Positions 1-11,709 of a stretch of DNA of 64,000 nucleotides are shown here, in pieces (positions within the stretch are counted from its first letter, which is position 1; each line of letters starts with the position of its first letter). Below the pieces are notes generated by a model. It had not been told where the DNA came from, did not search any database, and was given only the letters and a program-made list of their open reading frames with translations. The position numbers were made by a program, and so were the translations under genes. The DNA lies in the NCBI RefSeq assembly GCF_035594765.1, contig NC_085846.1, positions 11,581,190 to 11,645,189 on the forward strand. Direction: 5' to 3'. This stretch comes from Anolis carolinensis (taxonomy: Eukaryota).

Positions 1-647
1 GTTGAATTAAAGTAGAAGAAGATGAATTAAAAATAATCATGAATGATCCAGAGTTCAATAGTGGAAGTTGCTACTTCTAGGGCAGAACAGTTTCCCCTTT
101 GAAATGTAGAAACTGATCTATTTTTAAAAGGCTTTTTTAAAAAAAAAACCACAGCTGTGGTTTTGCAAGAAGGTTTTAAAAACAGTAATTATAGTTTTGG
201 AATGGCTTCAGTTTTGGTTTTCCTTAATGCAGTGCATAGTTGCTTGTTACAAAATCTGTCCTTTTCTCAAAACTGGAACAGAGCTGGTGTGATTCACTCA
301 TCCAGGAATGGGCAACTTGGAGTCTCCAGATATTGTTGGACTGCATTCTCATCATCCCTTGGCCAGCAAAGCCAACAGCATGAGGCAATGGGAGTTTCAG
401 CCCAATAAGCTCTACAAAGCCATAGGTTTAGGTTTCTTTCTCCAACACTTGTTTCTAACAATATTTCCAAGTATGTGTAATATATGACTGCAGGTTGGTA
501 ACACCATCCTAGGCATGTTTAATGGAAAGTAAATTTCACTATGCATTCAATTAATCTTTAAAATATATATTTAGGATTGCAGCATTAAATGTACTAGGGG
601 AAGTATGTGCAGAGAAGAGAAAGCAAATACCAAAGTTGTTGGATTTT

Positions 648-1029
648 CAGCGTTTCTCAACATCGGGGTCAGGACCCTTGGGGGAGGTCACCAAAGACCA
701 TCAGAAAACACTTATTTCTGATATTTCTTAGGAACCCCTTTGGCAGAGAAGACTGACGATCTCTCCACCTGTCCTTCACTTTCTTTTGGAAACAGACAGC
801 AAATCCTCCCATCAAAAATACTGAAATTTGGGCGTATCAGGTATTTGTGCCAAATTTGGTCCAGTGAATGAAAATGCCTCCTGCATATCAGATATTTACA
901 TTACAATTCCTAACAGTAGCCAAATTACCATTATGAAAAAGCAACGAAAATAATTTTATGATTGGGGGTCATGACAACACGAGGAACTGTATTAAGGAGT
1001 TGAGGCATTAGGAAGGTTGAGAACCACTG
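648..1029 (-). mobile_element. Non-autonomous SPIN/URR1-type hAT DNA transposon
   Basis: Minus strand begins CAGTGGTTCTCAACCTTCCTAATGC...TTAATACAGTTCCTC, the URR1/SPIN terminus; the other end is CAGCGTTTCTCAAC. Confidence 0.8.
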
Positions 1030-2319
1030 ACAGAAGCTTTTGTTTGCTCTCATCTTAGGGTTTTACTTCCCATAGACTATCAGAAAATGGGTAACAGTGT
1101 CAGCAACAAAGTAACTCAGGAAGCTGGGGTGCCAGGATGTGGACCTATTTCTTCACTCTTCATAAAACTAAAATCTTGGTCTGTAATGTGAGACACTTGG
1201 GTGTGGCTCTCCAGCCTGTCAAACTGGATTTGATGTTGTCTGCCAAAGGAAGCCAAGTGGGATCAGGATTGTGGCCTGGCCAGATTCTGCAGGTTTGGTG
1301 AAACGTGGTCTTGTTGCCTGGAATATCCCATCCTTGTTCTACCTGCCATTCTGTACTGGCCCCTCATTAAGAGTTGTTCCAATTGATTGGCTATGTTATC
1401 TTTCACTTAAAGTATTTCCACATGACCACGAGTGGCTTGTACGTATATAAACTAAATGTTTTAATGACTATTAGCTGGAGATCAAGGCATACCTTTCCCT
1501 TGCCAGAACAGGTTACAGCTGCATTTGGACTGATCCCATTCATGCATGGATCCCAACCCACCAGTAGGAGGCCAGTTCTCAATCTTGAGCTAGATCAACT
1601 AACTCCTCTTTTTAATTATTATGTTTATCAGAAACTTAAGGTGGGGCCCATGACTCTACCTGCTTGTGGCCTCGTGACCTCACGTTAATGTGGAAAGTCT
1701 CCCACAGATTATTTACTATGTATGCCATTGTATATTTACATAATGAAGGGACTGGAATGGGCTGGGGCACCAAAGAAGGCGTGAAGTTTCCTGGTTTGGA
1801 GTATCGGGATTATTATTTGCAGGCTCCCAAGGAGTGGCAAGGAACAGAACTGAGCTGGGATGGACACAAGCAAAGGAGAGCAGTGAAAGGAAGAGAGGAA
1901 AGAGGAGGGTTGGTCAAGACCAGTGGAAGGACAGAAGGAACAGTAGGGTGCTGGAGAACAACATGGGAATAAGACAGTAGCAGGAAGTCTTAACTAAATC
2001 TGGCAGAAGTGGAAGAAGGAAGTGATACCTTTGGTTACAACTGAGACATCTATTTGCTTATGATCTTGCCAATGCGTAGTTTTTGAAGACTGCACATGCA
2101 CAAAATTGTTCTCCTCATTTTTCTTCTACCAATAATTCAAGAGGAAGATTATTGAACTACAAGAGCGCCAAGCTTGGCAAATTTTTCTGAGATGGGATTC
2201 AAGTTATGAAAAGTTATCTGGTCTGTCTGAGCTGAAAGGAGACAAACACACATCAGCCCAAGACAGGATTTTTCAGTAGCTGTTTCCTCTTCACGCTTTT
2301 TCTACCCAACTCTGCAAAG

Positions 2320-2434
2320 ATGGATGAATTGCTGACCGTGAAAATTGCCTGCCTGGCTGGCGTTTTGGTGATCACACTTTTTTGTGGCCTCATCCCATCC
2401 CAAGTCAAATGGTTCCAATTCAACATGGCCAGAG
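2320..2434 (+). CDS. SLC39A2: SLC39A2 coding exon 1 (115 nt)
   Basis: ATG at 2320 (AAGATGG); donor AG|GTGAGG at 2435. Confidence 0.9.
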
Positions 2435-4699
2435 GTGAGGAATTGATGAAAGGGATGACGGGGGAGGTCTTCCAGTCTTAAGTGTGGCTTGGATGTAATC
2501 TATCTAAAAGAACTACGAGTATAAAACATCAGACTGCAAAATGGAGGCCATGTGTATTTCATTGGGCAAAAAGTTCTGTCCATGGTACTGGAATTATTGA
2601 GGTCAATTTTGTGTGTGTGCCTTCATGTCATCTATTGACTCATGAAGGCGAGAAATAATCAGAAACGGATTTGCCAATTGCTTCCTCTGAATTACAAACT
2701 GTAGCACTTTATATTCATTAGTAGCTGCCCATTCAAGTACTAAGCAGGACTGACCCTGCTGAGCTTCCAACACATAGGATGCCTCTATTTCGGCTGTAAC
2801 ATATTAAAATATATATCAGCTTTCCCCATAACTATTTTTTTACATAATCAAATTACTTCTGCCTGTATAAGAATTTTACCAATGAGGGTAAATAATTCAA
2901 GCTGCAAAAAAAGAATTACTGTTTTCCCAATTGAACTCTTCCAACTCAATACGTATCGTCCAAAATTTTAAAAAGCAACCTCAATTCAGCACTCAAATAG
3001 TTCAATGTACAGAAATTGACTATTCAAAGTTCTAACGACTGAGCCTGAATGAAGAAGTCAATCCATTTCAGTTTCACGTTTATTTTTCTTTTAAAAATAT
3101 CTTACATTATCTGCACTCAAGATAGGGGGAAACATTTCTAGATTTTTGGTTTATTGTTATCTTTTAGTGATGTGAACTTCTTTTCCATTCTTAATCTTAG
3201 TAGTCAAATTATTTATTGGACAGATGCTCTCTCTCTCTCACCATTCCTTATTATTTATGCTGGCTCGGGCTGCGGGAACATGCAGTCCAGTTTTTAAGGA
3301 CTTACACAATTCCTATTATTTATATCATGCTATTTTTTTCTTGAAGAATGAAACAAGTCATTTAAACCATTTTCTTCCTGTTGTGAAAAAGTCAGGACCT
3401 GTTCTGCACAGAATTCACATATACTTGTTTTGCATAGAAAAATGCCATTCTCACAAAGGAAATGTTTTTTGTGCAGAAAGGAACAGTTCCTTGGCAGAAA
3501 AAAAAATCTGTTTTCTGTGTGAAACAATCACATGTGATTTTTGGGGTATTATTGAATATTCTTTCCATCCCTAATCTGACCTTCCTCACAGGAGCTCAGG
3601 GCAGCTGATGAGTCACCTCTATAAATTCTTCAGGACATGATAGACACTCTTGGCTTCTAACTACATGTGAATCTTATGTAATAGCTTTCCCTCTTCCCTT
3701 CATCCCTTTTAGGGAAGCATCGGCGCATCCTTAGTTGCATTGGCTGCTTTGCTGCTGGGGTGTTCCTGGGTGCTTGCCTAATGCATATGGTGGCCGATGC
3801 TTTGGGAGACATTCAAGAAGAAATTAAGAAGCGGCAGCGACAGGTGAGTGCCATTGCAGGTGTGTCTCATATTAGATATTCCTTGAAAATCTAACAGCCC
3901 ATGGCTGAGTGGAAGAACTGGTTGTTGGGGACCCCCGTGTTGGTGGGACAGTGAAGTCTTTCTGGTCAACTCCAAGAGTCATCCAATGTACTGAACCCTA
4001 ATCCCAAAATACTTCTCAAGCTACTTTAAAATTTGGAATAAAACCTGATTTGGATTGACTGTCATACTGATATGATATTTACCAACTGGCCTTGCGAAGA
4101 AGGCTCTAGTACAGGTTGTTTAATCTCTTATATAAAGCGTACAAGCAGAAATGTTCCATATTTTGGATTTTTCTTAAATACTTACATAATCTTGGAGATG
4201 GGAATCAGGTCTAAACATGAAATTTATCTATATGTTTCATATTTATCTTATACACATAGTACGCAGTGTAGCAGTGGGTTAAACCCTTGTGCTGCTAAAC
4301 TGCTGACCTGAAAGTTGGCAGTTCGAATCCACGGGACAGAGTGAGCTCCCATTGTCAGCCCTAGCTCCTGCCAACCTAGCAGTTCAAAAACATGCAAATG
4401 TGAGTAGATAGATAGGTACCACTTCAGCAGGAAAGGCATAAAGACACTCCAAGCAGTCATACAGGTCACACAACCAGGAGGTGACAATGCAGGCTCCTCA
4501 GCTTGAAAACAGAGAAGAGTGCCTCCCCAGAGCCAGAGATGAGCACCGCCTCCAAAGCCGGAAATGAAAGGAGAAGCCTTCGCCTTTACCTGTGTGGGTC
4601 TCATTGTATTCTAACAAGGCATTGAATGTTTGCCTGTATCTGTTTACATTGTAATCTGCTCTGAATCCCCACAGGGAGAGCGATGGAATACAAATAAAG

Positions 4700-4755
<56 letters not shown>

Positions 4756-7700
4756 TGTGCATGAAACAACGTTTAGGTACATTGAGCCATCAAGAAAGCA
4801 AAAGTGTCTCTATCTCAGCCACTCATGTGGAAAACTTTGGATTTTGGAATATTTCAGATTTGGGAATTCCAAATAAGGGAGACTCAATTTGTTTTTCTAA
4901 ATTTAAATGGATTAGGTAACAAAAAATTGGAAACTTCTCCGCTGGAATCTCTGAAGAACTACTGTAAGTCAGATTAGGTGACACTGTACTGGATTGATCT
5001 AAGTTGACATCATATTTGCTTCCAGGTCTGACTTCTCACCTTTGCTTACTTTTTTGCATTGTGATCGTGCATACTGTGAATTTGGGCAGTGGTTCGGACA
5101 AAAAAAAAAAAGCACACACCATTCTTTGAAATAAAATTTCAGTACCAACTTGCAATGATCTCACAATTGAAAGAGATGAATTTAGATTATGAAGACATTC
5201 CAAATTGCTTTAAATCTGTGTACAGCTTTTCACTGCCTTCATTACAGCACCAGTCTAACTCTGCTGTTATGTTTACATACAGGGAGTTTCCACAAACAAA
5301 CTGAATACCACCTCTGATGACAACGGTGATTCTGATGTAAGTATGTCAAGAAGTATATGATCAAGTTTAGACACGGGGAAGGAATTAATTTGGTCTCATT
5401 ATCATGTAAATTTAATTTCACACCTTTTAAAAACAATGGAAATCAAGTTCCTGTTATCTTTTGTGATTTGTAATTTTACATTTTTTTCAGTGAATTCTGC
5501 TTTTAGGAAACATGCAAAATGTGCATATAATAGCAAAGTGAACCCTGAAAAGGAATATATTAAGGGAAATTATATGTTTAAAAATATTTCTAAATAGAGG
5601 GTATAAGGCAAAAGTGCATCCATTATTGGATGTATTAGGAGAAATGTGTATATATTTTATATTAATTTAAAACAAAATTACCCAGTTTTTGGGGTTTGGG
5701 TTTTTTCGCATTAATAAATTCTTTTGCCCAAAAGAAAATTCAACAAAAATGCATGAAAATGCATATAGTTTCACTCATTGGGAAAAAATGTTTACATTTG
5801 TACATGAAAAAATGAAATATGTGAAGATTTATATCACTAGTAAATCATTACCTAACACTCAACTTGGTGGATGTTAAAATGATAACATGTTTATTATAGT
5901 TAAACTGCAAGGTGTTATGGATGATGAACTATTTTTAACTTTAATTTCAAGATCGGAGTGAGATTAGCATCATGATCTTGTTCTTTGTATGTTTCGTAAC
6001 CTGTTTTAATTGTCTGATCTTGCTCACATGTGGTTACAATACTTCTGCAGCAGAAGAGAAACCACAGTAAACTCCAGAGGACTTATCTTGATCGTTCTGT
6101 TCTGAAAATCTGTTGTGGTTTTACTTCTGTTTGGTTTTGATTAACCGTTTAAATAAATTGATTATTGTTCTTTTTAGGTTGAAGAATTCAGTAAAACAAT
6201 ATCAATGAATAACATTCAGATGGAAATGCTTAGCTCACTTTGAACTGGAATATATGGCAGTGTGGAGTCAGATAACCCAGTCAAAGCAGATATTGTGTGA
6301 TTTTCAGCCTTGATATTCTGAGTTATACGCTCATGTAGAAAGGCCCTAAGACAATGAGTTTTGTTGTAGAAGCAGTATGAGAATACTGCTTTCATAGGCA
6401 GGATCAGTTTAAGACTACAGAGGCATAAATCCAAAGTCTCCATGAAGTTTATTTGGTCCCATCACTACTAAATCAAGGATAGCCAAAGATAATATGCAAC
6501 CATGGCTCCTTTTGTGGTCCATAAGGCCCCCAAGAGGTCAATTGATTTTTTGGGGGGAAAGGTTCAAATATTTGTTTGCCCCCAAAAGTCCTTTCCTGTG
6601 CCATTTTAGGTCAGAAGAAGCCTATTTCTAAAATAGGAAGTGTGGTGATTTCCAGTCATTTCCTGTTGCTAAAAAATACTTCTTTGAGACTTGAAGTGGT
6701 CCAAGGTCACCAAAAGCAATGTCTCTCATGCTCCCAACATCTCTATAAACAATACCTCTCATCTTCGCAAAGTCTCCAAAAAATAATGTCTTTCATACTC
6801 CCAAAGTCTCCAAAAATAATGACTTTTGTGATCCCAATATTTCTAAAAGCAATACTTCTCATACTCCTAAACTGTCCAAAAGCTGTGCCTCTATTTCCCC
6901 CAAAGTCTCCAAAAACAATACCTCTCATGCTCCTAAGGTCTCCAAAGGCTATGACCCTGGTTCTTGCAAGGTCTCCAAAACCAATGACTTTTGTGCTCCC
7001 AGGGTCTGAAAAAAGCATGCCTCCTATGTTTCCATTGGCTATTTCAATATGAAACAACATACATTTTGTGTGCAGGAGTATGTGGGTGCATGGTGTCTTG
7101 TGGAGGTGATATACTCCCCTTGCTTCTCATTGTTGTCCACCCTTGCTGTAAAGAATCTAACAAGGCTCTTCTAAAAATAAACCGGTGATGGAAGGATCTT
7201 GTACATTACTTCAAGCCCCTTTGTGAGAGGAAAGTCATAACATGTAACAACCAAGAAACTCCCATAATCCCTTGCCATTGGCAAGACCTAGCTGATCTTC
7301 TGGGAGCAGAAGTTCAGAACACCTAGAACAGTAGTTCTCAATCTTTAGTCCTCTGGGTGCTTTGTACTTCAGCTCCCACAATTCCTAACAGCTGTTACAA
7401 TGGCCAGAATTTCTGGGAGTTGAAGTCCAAAACAACTGGAGAACCAAAGGTTGAGAAACACTGATCTAGAAGGTCATAAATGTTTCCCTCTGCAGGTTAG
7501 CTGTTAGTGGAAATCCAGCTGCACTCAATGCCCACATGTAAGACCTTCCATGTACACAGAACTTGTTTTTACATGTTTCTGTTTACACTGAAGAACAACT
7601 ATATTTTTCTTTCTACAAAACAGAAATAATACTAGTGTTGCAAACAATGACAACAGGAAACAATTTGGCTGATAGAAGCTCTTGACTTCCACCTGCTGGT

Positions 7701-10031
7701 TTAACTTTAACATTGACACCAGGAGACTTGTGACTTGATCACATGGACTTACAGATTTATATCGATTGCAAGGGGGCCCCTGGTGGCACAGTGCGTTAAA
7801 GCGCTGAGCTGCTGAACTTGCGGACCAAAAGGTCCCAGGTTCAAATCCCGGGAGCGGAATGAGCACCCGCTGTTAGCCCCAGCTCCTGCCAACCTAGCAA
7901 TTTGAAAACATGCAAACGTGAGTAGATCAATAGGTACTGCTCCAGCAGGAAGGTAACGCCACTCCATGCAGTCATGCCGGCCACATGACCTTGGAGGTGT
8001 CTATGGACAACGCCGGCTCTTCGGCTTAGAAATGGAGATGTGCACCAACCCCCAGAGTCTGTCACGACTGGACTTAACATCAGGGGAAAACCTTACCTTT
8101 ACCTTTTATCGATTGCAAATGGCTCTGTGAAACTTTTACTCCTTCCCATCCCACTGTTTTCTTAAAGCGTTCCTGACTCCTTGTTACCTGCCTTCACATT
8201 CATCACATGGGGGAAAGCTTGTCAAGTCCTCCCTGCTTTTCCTCCTTCTCTTTCAGTCAAAAAAATTCTCTTTTTCTCTTCTGCCTCCACATCCTCAGCC
8301 AAACACTACTCTCAATTGTTCTCTGTCTGCAGCAGTTCCTTCTCACTTTGCAGCAATGAAACAGGACAAGGAAGGATACTTCCCATCCCACGTGTTTTTA
8401 GCCTTAAAAAGTGGATCAAATAGCAGTAGCACCTCAAAAGACACGGTGAGAGTTCCCTCCTTCAGGCTCATTTCAATGCTGAATGGGAACACATGATGGC
8501 TGGAAGTAGTTCAATGTCATGTGATAGACTCCGTGCTTCTCCATCATTGAAATGAGCCTGAAGTGTCCTTGGATGTGGAAATAACATGATGAAGTTCTTG
8601 GTTAAACATCAGTAGCCCTTTAATCCAAAACCTCTCTATTGATGCAGGATTAATTGTGTAGCTCTGACTTGTTAGAATAAAGCAATGGATGGAGGCACTC
8701 ACTGGGCTAGACACAGAAAGCAGACTAACAAAATAATCTTATGATACCAACAGAAAATCTTGTGCATCCTGAAAACTAAGGCCGCTTCCACACATCTGAA
8801 TAAAATCCCACATTTTCTGCTTTGAACTGGAATATATGATAACCCAGTTCAACACAGATATTGTGGGATTTTCTGCCTTGATATTCTGGCTTAAATCGGT
8901 GTGTTGAAGGGCCCTAAGACATTATCACATAGACTTTCATGGGTAATATTACAGTAGAGTCTCACTTATCCAACATAAATGGGCCAGCAGAACGTTGGAT
9001 AAGTGAATATGTTGGATAATAAGGAGAGTTTAAGGAGAAGCCTATTAAACATCAAATTAGGTTATGATTTTACAAATTAAGCACCAAAACATCATATTAT
9101 ACAACAAATCTGGCAGAAAAAGTAGTTCAATACGCAGTAATGCTACATAGTAATTACTGTGTTTACGAATTTCGCACCAAAATATCATGATATATTGAAA
9201 ACATTGACTACAAAAATGCGTTGGATAATCCAGAACGTTGGATAAGTGAGACTCTACTGTATCTGATTCATCAGATGCACAGAACACCATTCTGTATTTA
9301 ATCTGTTAGCCTTCTAGGTGATATAAAACTTTCCTTTTTTGAGTGTAACAAACTAGCATGGCTATGACACTGCAAATTAAGGCTCATTTTATTTACTTCA
9401 ATTTCTTTTCCTTTTTGTTTCCTCCCCATGGCAGGGATACCCTTTTGGCGAGCTGATAATCTCACTCGGCTTCTTCCTCGTGTTTATTATCGAGAGTGTG
9501 GTTCTTCATTGCTGTCCCCGGGCTGTTCATGCCCACGGCGACCATGAAAGTCAAGACAATCACAAGGACCTTCCAGAAGCCCACAGCTCGTTGCGGGCGT
9601 TTGTGCTCTTCCTCTCATTGTCCTTCCACTCAGTCTTTGAAGGCCTAGCTATTGGAGTTCAGAAGCAGATAACAGCAGCCATTCAACTTTGTTTAGCAGT
9701 GCTCATTCACAAGGCCATTGTGGTCTTCAGCTTGTCACTGAAGTTGGTGCAGAGCGGGACCAAGGTCCGGTGGAGACTACTTTACCTGGTGGTCTTTGCT
9801 TTGATGTCTCCAGCTGGCATCGGCGTGGGCATCGGCGTCTCACTTTCCAATAGTGATGGGAGCAGCCTGGCTCAAGCTGTGCTGGAAGGATTGGCAGCGG
9901 GAACTTTCCTCTATGTCACCTTCCTGGAGATTCTTCCATACGAGTTGCGGTCACACGAAAGTCCCCTCACCAAGTTCTTCTTCATTAGCCTAGGCTTCTG
10001 TGTCATGGCCGTCATTGCCATTTGGGCATAA
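2320..10031 (+). CDS. SLC39A2: Zinc transporter ZIP2; join(2320..2434,3713..3843,5283..5336,9435..10031), 298 aa
   Basis: Exon 1 MDELLTVKIACLAGVLVITLFCGLIPSQVKWFQFNMARG, exon 2 KHRRILSCIGCFAAGVFLGACLMHMVADAL..., last exon GYPFGELIISLGFF...LSLSFHSVFEGLAIG...HK...EGLAAGTFLYVTFLEILP...IAIWA, matching mammalian ZIP2 as I recall it. All introns are GT-AG and the phases join into one open 897-nt frame. Confidence 0.93.
2610..2770 (-). mobile_element. Decayed 5S rRNA-derived SINE
   Basis: Minus strand GGAAGCTCAGCAGGGTCAGTCCTGCTTAGTACTTGAATGGG resembles the 5S internal control region; GAAGGCACACAC tail. Confidence 0.6.
3713..3843 (+). CDS. SLC39A2: SLC39A2 exon 2 (131 nt)
   Basis: Pyrimidine tract + TAG acceptor; encodes the AAGVFLG..MHM motif; donor CAG|GTGAGT. 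Confidence 0.92.
4111..4892 (+). mobile_element. MER46-like TcMar-Tigger MITE interrupted by a SINE (about 4260-4753)
   Basis: TA-CAGGTTG start; the 3' half CATGAAACAA..AGAAAGCAAAAGTGTC..TCTCAGCCAC..ATAAGGGAGACTCAA resumes after the SINE tail. Confidence 0.55.
4260..4753 (+). mobile_element. SINE with Sauria-type head/core and L2-type tail ending in (ATT)n
   Basis: 4260-4590 aligns with the Sauria SINE at 7772; 4615-4753 resembles the tail of the SINE at 11710. Confidence 0.65.
5283..5336 (+). CDS. SLC39A2: SLC39A2 small exon 3 (54 nt, GVSTNKLNTTSDDNGDSD)
   Basis: CAG acceptor, GAT|GTAAGT donor, phase 0/0; polar loop with an N-x-T sequon, like the short polar segment of mammalian ZIP2. Confidence 0.75.
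6701..7040. repeat. Diverged 33-bp tandem repeat, about 10 units
   Basis: Units of CCAAAGTCTCCAAAAGCAATACCTCTCATGCTC-like sequence start at 6701, 6734, 6767, 6801, 6834, 6867, 6900, 6933, 6966 and 6999. Confidence 0.9.
7329..7463. mobile_element. Short hAT MITE
   Basis: TIRs CAGTAGTTCTCAA / TTGAGAAACACTG; 8-bp TSD ACCTAGAA/ATCTAGAA. Confidence 0.75.
7772..8106 (+). mobile_element. Full-length Sauria SINE
   Basis: tRNA-like head with GGTTCAAATCC B box; (ACCTTT)n tail; 12-bp TSD TATCGATTGCAA at 7760-7771 and 8107-8118. Confidence 0.9.
8952..9259 (+). mobile_element. Tc1/mariner-superfamily MITE
   Basis: TIR CAGTAGAGTCTCACTTATCCAAC at both ends, TA on both sides; further copies at 35176, 52143 and 52585. 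Confidence 0.88.
9435..10031 (+). CDS. SLC39A2: SLC39A2 last coding exon
   Basis: Long pyrimidine tract + CAG; HSVFEG and EG..AGTFLYV ZIP motifs; stop TAA at 10029-10031. Confidence 0.93.
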   Translation, partial: GYPFGELIISLGFFLVFIIESVVLHCCPRAVHAHGDHESQDNHKDLPEAHSSLRAFVLFLSLSFHSVFEGLAIGVQKQITAAIQLCLAVLIHKAIVVFSLSLKLVQSGTKVRWRLLYLVVFALMSPAGIGVGIGVSLSNSDGSSLAQAVLEGLAAGTFLYVTFLEILPYELRSHESPLTKFFFISLGFCVMAVIAIWA

Positions 10032-10156
10032 AAGATTGTTGGCATTGTGATGCCTGGAGAAACATTTGACAGCTACATCTCAAGGCTCTCCTGAGCTCGC
10101 ACCTTTCAGACACCATTGTATCTCCATGTCTTGGTGAGAGATCTGAGACTGCAATG

Positions 10157-10410
10157 GAGCCCATGGTGGTGCAGTGGGTTAAACCCTTGTGCTGGCAGGA
10201 CTGCTGACTTGGAGGTTGGGTTGCTAAATTGAAGGTTGCTGGTTCAAATCCGGGGAGAGCATAGATGAGCTCCCTCTGTCAGCTCCAGCCCCCATGCGGG
10301 GACATGAGAGAAGACTCTCACAAGGATGGTAAAACATCAAAACATCTGGGCATCCCCTGGGCACCAGAAGCAACTTGCAGTTTCTCAAATTGCTCCTGAC
10401 ACACACAAAA
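10157..10410 (+). mobile_element. Sauria-related tRNA SINE (short variant) in the SLC39A2 3' region
   Basis: GGAGCCC..GGTGGTGCAGTGGGTTAAACCC head, GGTTCAAATCC box, TTGCTCCTGACAC..AAAA tail. Confidence 0.75.
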
Positions 10411-10839
10411 ATGGCTACCTTGCATAGGGACCAGTTGTCATTTAACTCTTCTTTGCTTCTTGTTCTACTTGAATTTGCTAGTTTTTGTCTTTTCCCTTTC
10501 CTTTCTTAAATCCTTAAATTATTTTAAAACTGTAAATTTCCTAAGTGTGTCAATAGAAAGGTCTCATTGAACCCTATAATCTACATTGCATGACCTAAGG
10601 AATTGATCCCTTGAACCCACCTTAAACTTAAGGGAGCCTGTCCATGCAGTGGAGATTTGGGTCATGGTCATGTGGGGTACATAGTCTGTACGGCTTCAGA
10701 ATGACAGGGACAGAAATCAACTGTCCTCTTAAGTTGGGTGATCAACAACCAAGCTGATCAGACACAATCACACCAATAGTAGTTATTTAATGAACTGTTC
10801 AATGGTTGACAAAGTTACTTATTTTAGTTGAACACCTAA

Positions 10840-11035
10840 AATCATAACAATTGTAAGAGACTTTAAGTACTATCCAGTCCAACCCCATTCTGCCATGCAG
10901 AAATACACCATCAAAGCACTCCTGATAGATATCCAGCCCCTATTTTAAAATCTCCAAACAAGGAGGCTCCAAAGCAATGTGCTCCACTGTCGGACAGCTC
11001 TTGCCATCAGAAAGCTTTTCCTAATGTTTAGGTGT
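10840..11035 (-). mobile_element. CR1 LINE 3' end fragment
   Basis: ATCCAGTCCAACCCC..CTGCCATGCAG..CTCTTGCCATCAGAAAG..TTCCTAATGTT, reverse complement of a CR1-type 3' end. Confidence 0.6.
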
Positions 11036-11367
11036 ATCAATTAATAAGATATTCTGTAATGTTGTTCACTGTTTTTCTTTGTGCATTTGTGATAGCTTCT
11101 TCAGTTTATGTATCTGTGGTCAAGACCCTTCCCATCTGTATTTGCAAGTTCCTCTGACAACAAATACAATATCTGGTATTTGTCAAAGGTGTTGAATTTT
11201 AGTTTTCAGAAAGCATTTTTTTTCTAACATGTAGATATAATTCACAAAATCTGTTATTGCATCACAAACCATCTCACTTCATTATTCTTTTATATACAAA
11301 TATACAAATATACAATATACAATATACAAAACAGTTAGGCAATTCTGCCTTCCCCGTAGATTTCGAA

Positions 11368-11591
11368 CAGGAGTCCTCAAACCTTTTAAGTGGAGGGCCG
11401 GTTCACGGTCCCTCATACTGTTGGAAGGCCAAACTACGATGAAATAGTCTAAAATTAGGATTGTTGTTGTTGTGTGCCTTCAAGTTGTTTCAAACTTAGG
11501 TCAACCCTAAGTCTAAAGTTTAGGACAGGTACCAGGTAAATGACCTTGGAGGGCCACATCCAGCCCAAAGGCCTTAGTTTGGGGACCCCTG
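11368..11591 (-). mobile_element. hAT MITE with the same termini as the element at 39078
   Basis: TIRs CAGGAGTCCTCAAAC / GTTTGGGGACCCCTG. Confidence 0.7.
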
Positions 11592-11709
11592 GCTTAGAAT
11601 AAAGTGGAGGGAAGATTTGTGCTGCTGTAATGCCCAATAATTAAACATAATATTCTCTGTATAAAATAATATTATCTGCAAAAGGAAGGGGCCTGAGGCT
11701 GTTAGGAAT

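Noticed and set aside
6576-7052. Plus-strand 158-aa ORF with SPK repeats
   Set aside because: It has a non-ATG start, crosses the frameshift, and the repeat register has a TAA in unit 2; the minus frame is the better candidate.
7772-7860. tRNA-like sequences with A and B boxes
   Set aside because: SINE heads continuous with SINE bodies and TSDs; not tRNA genes.
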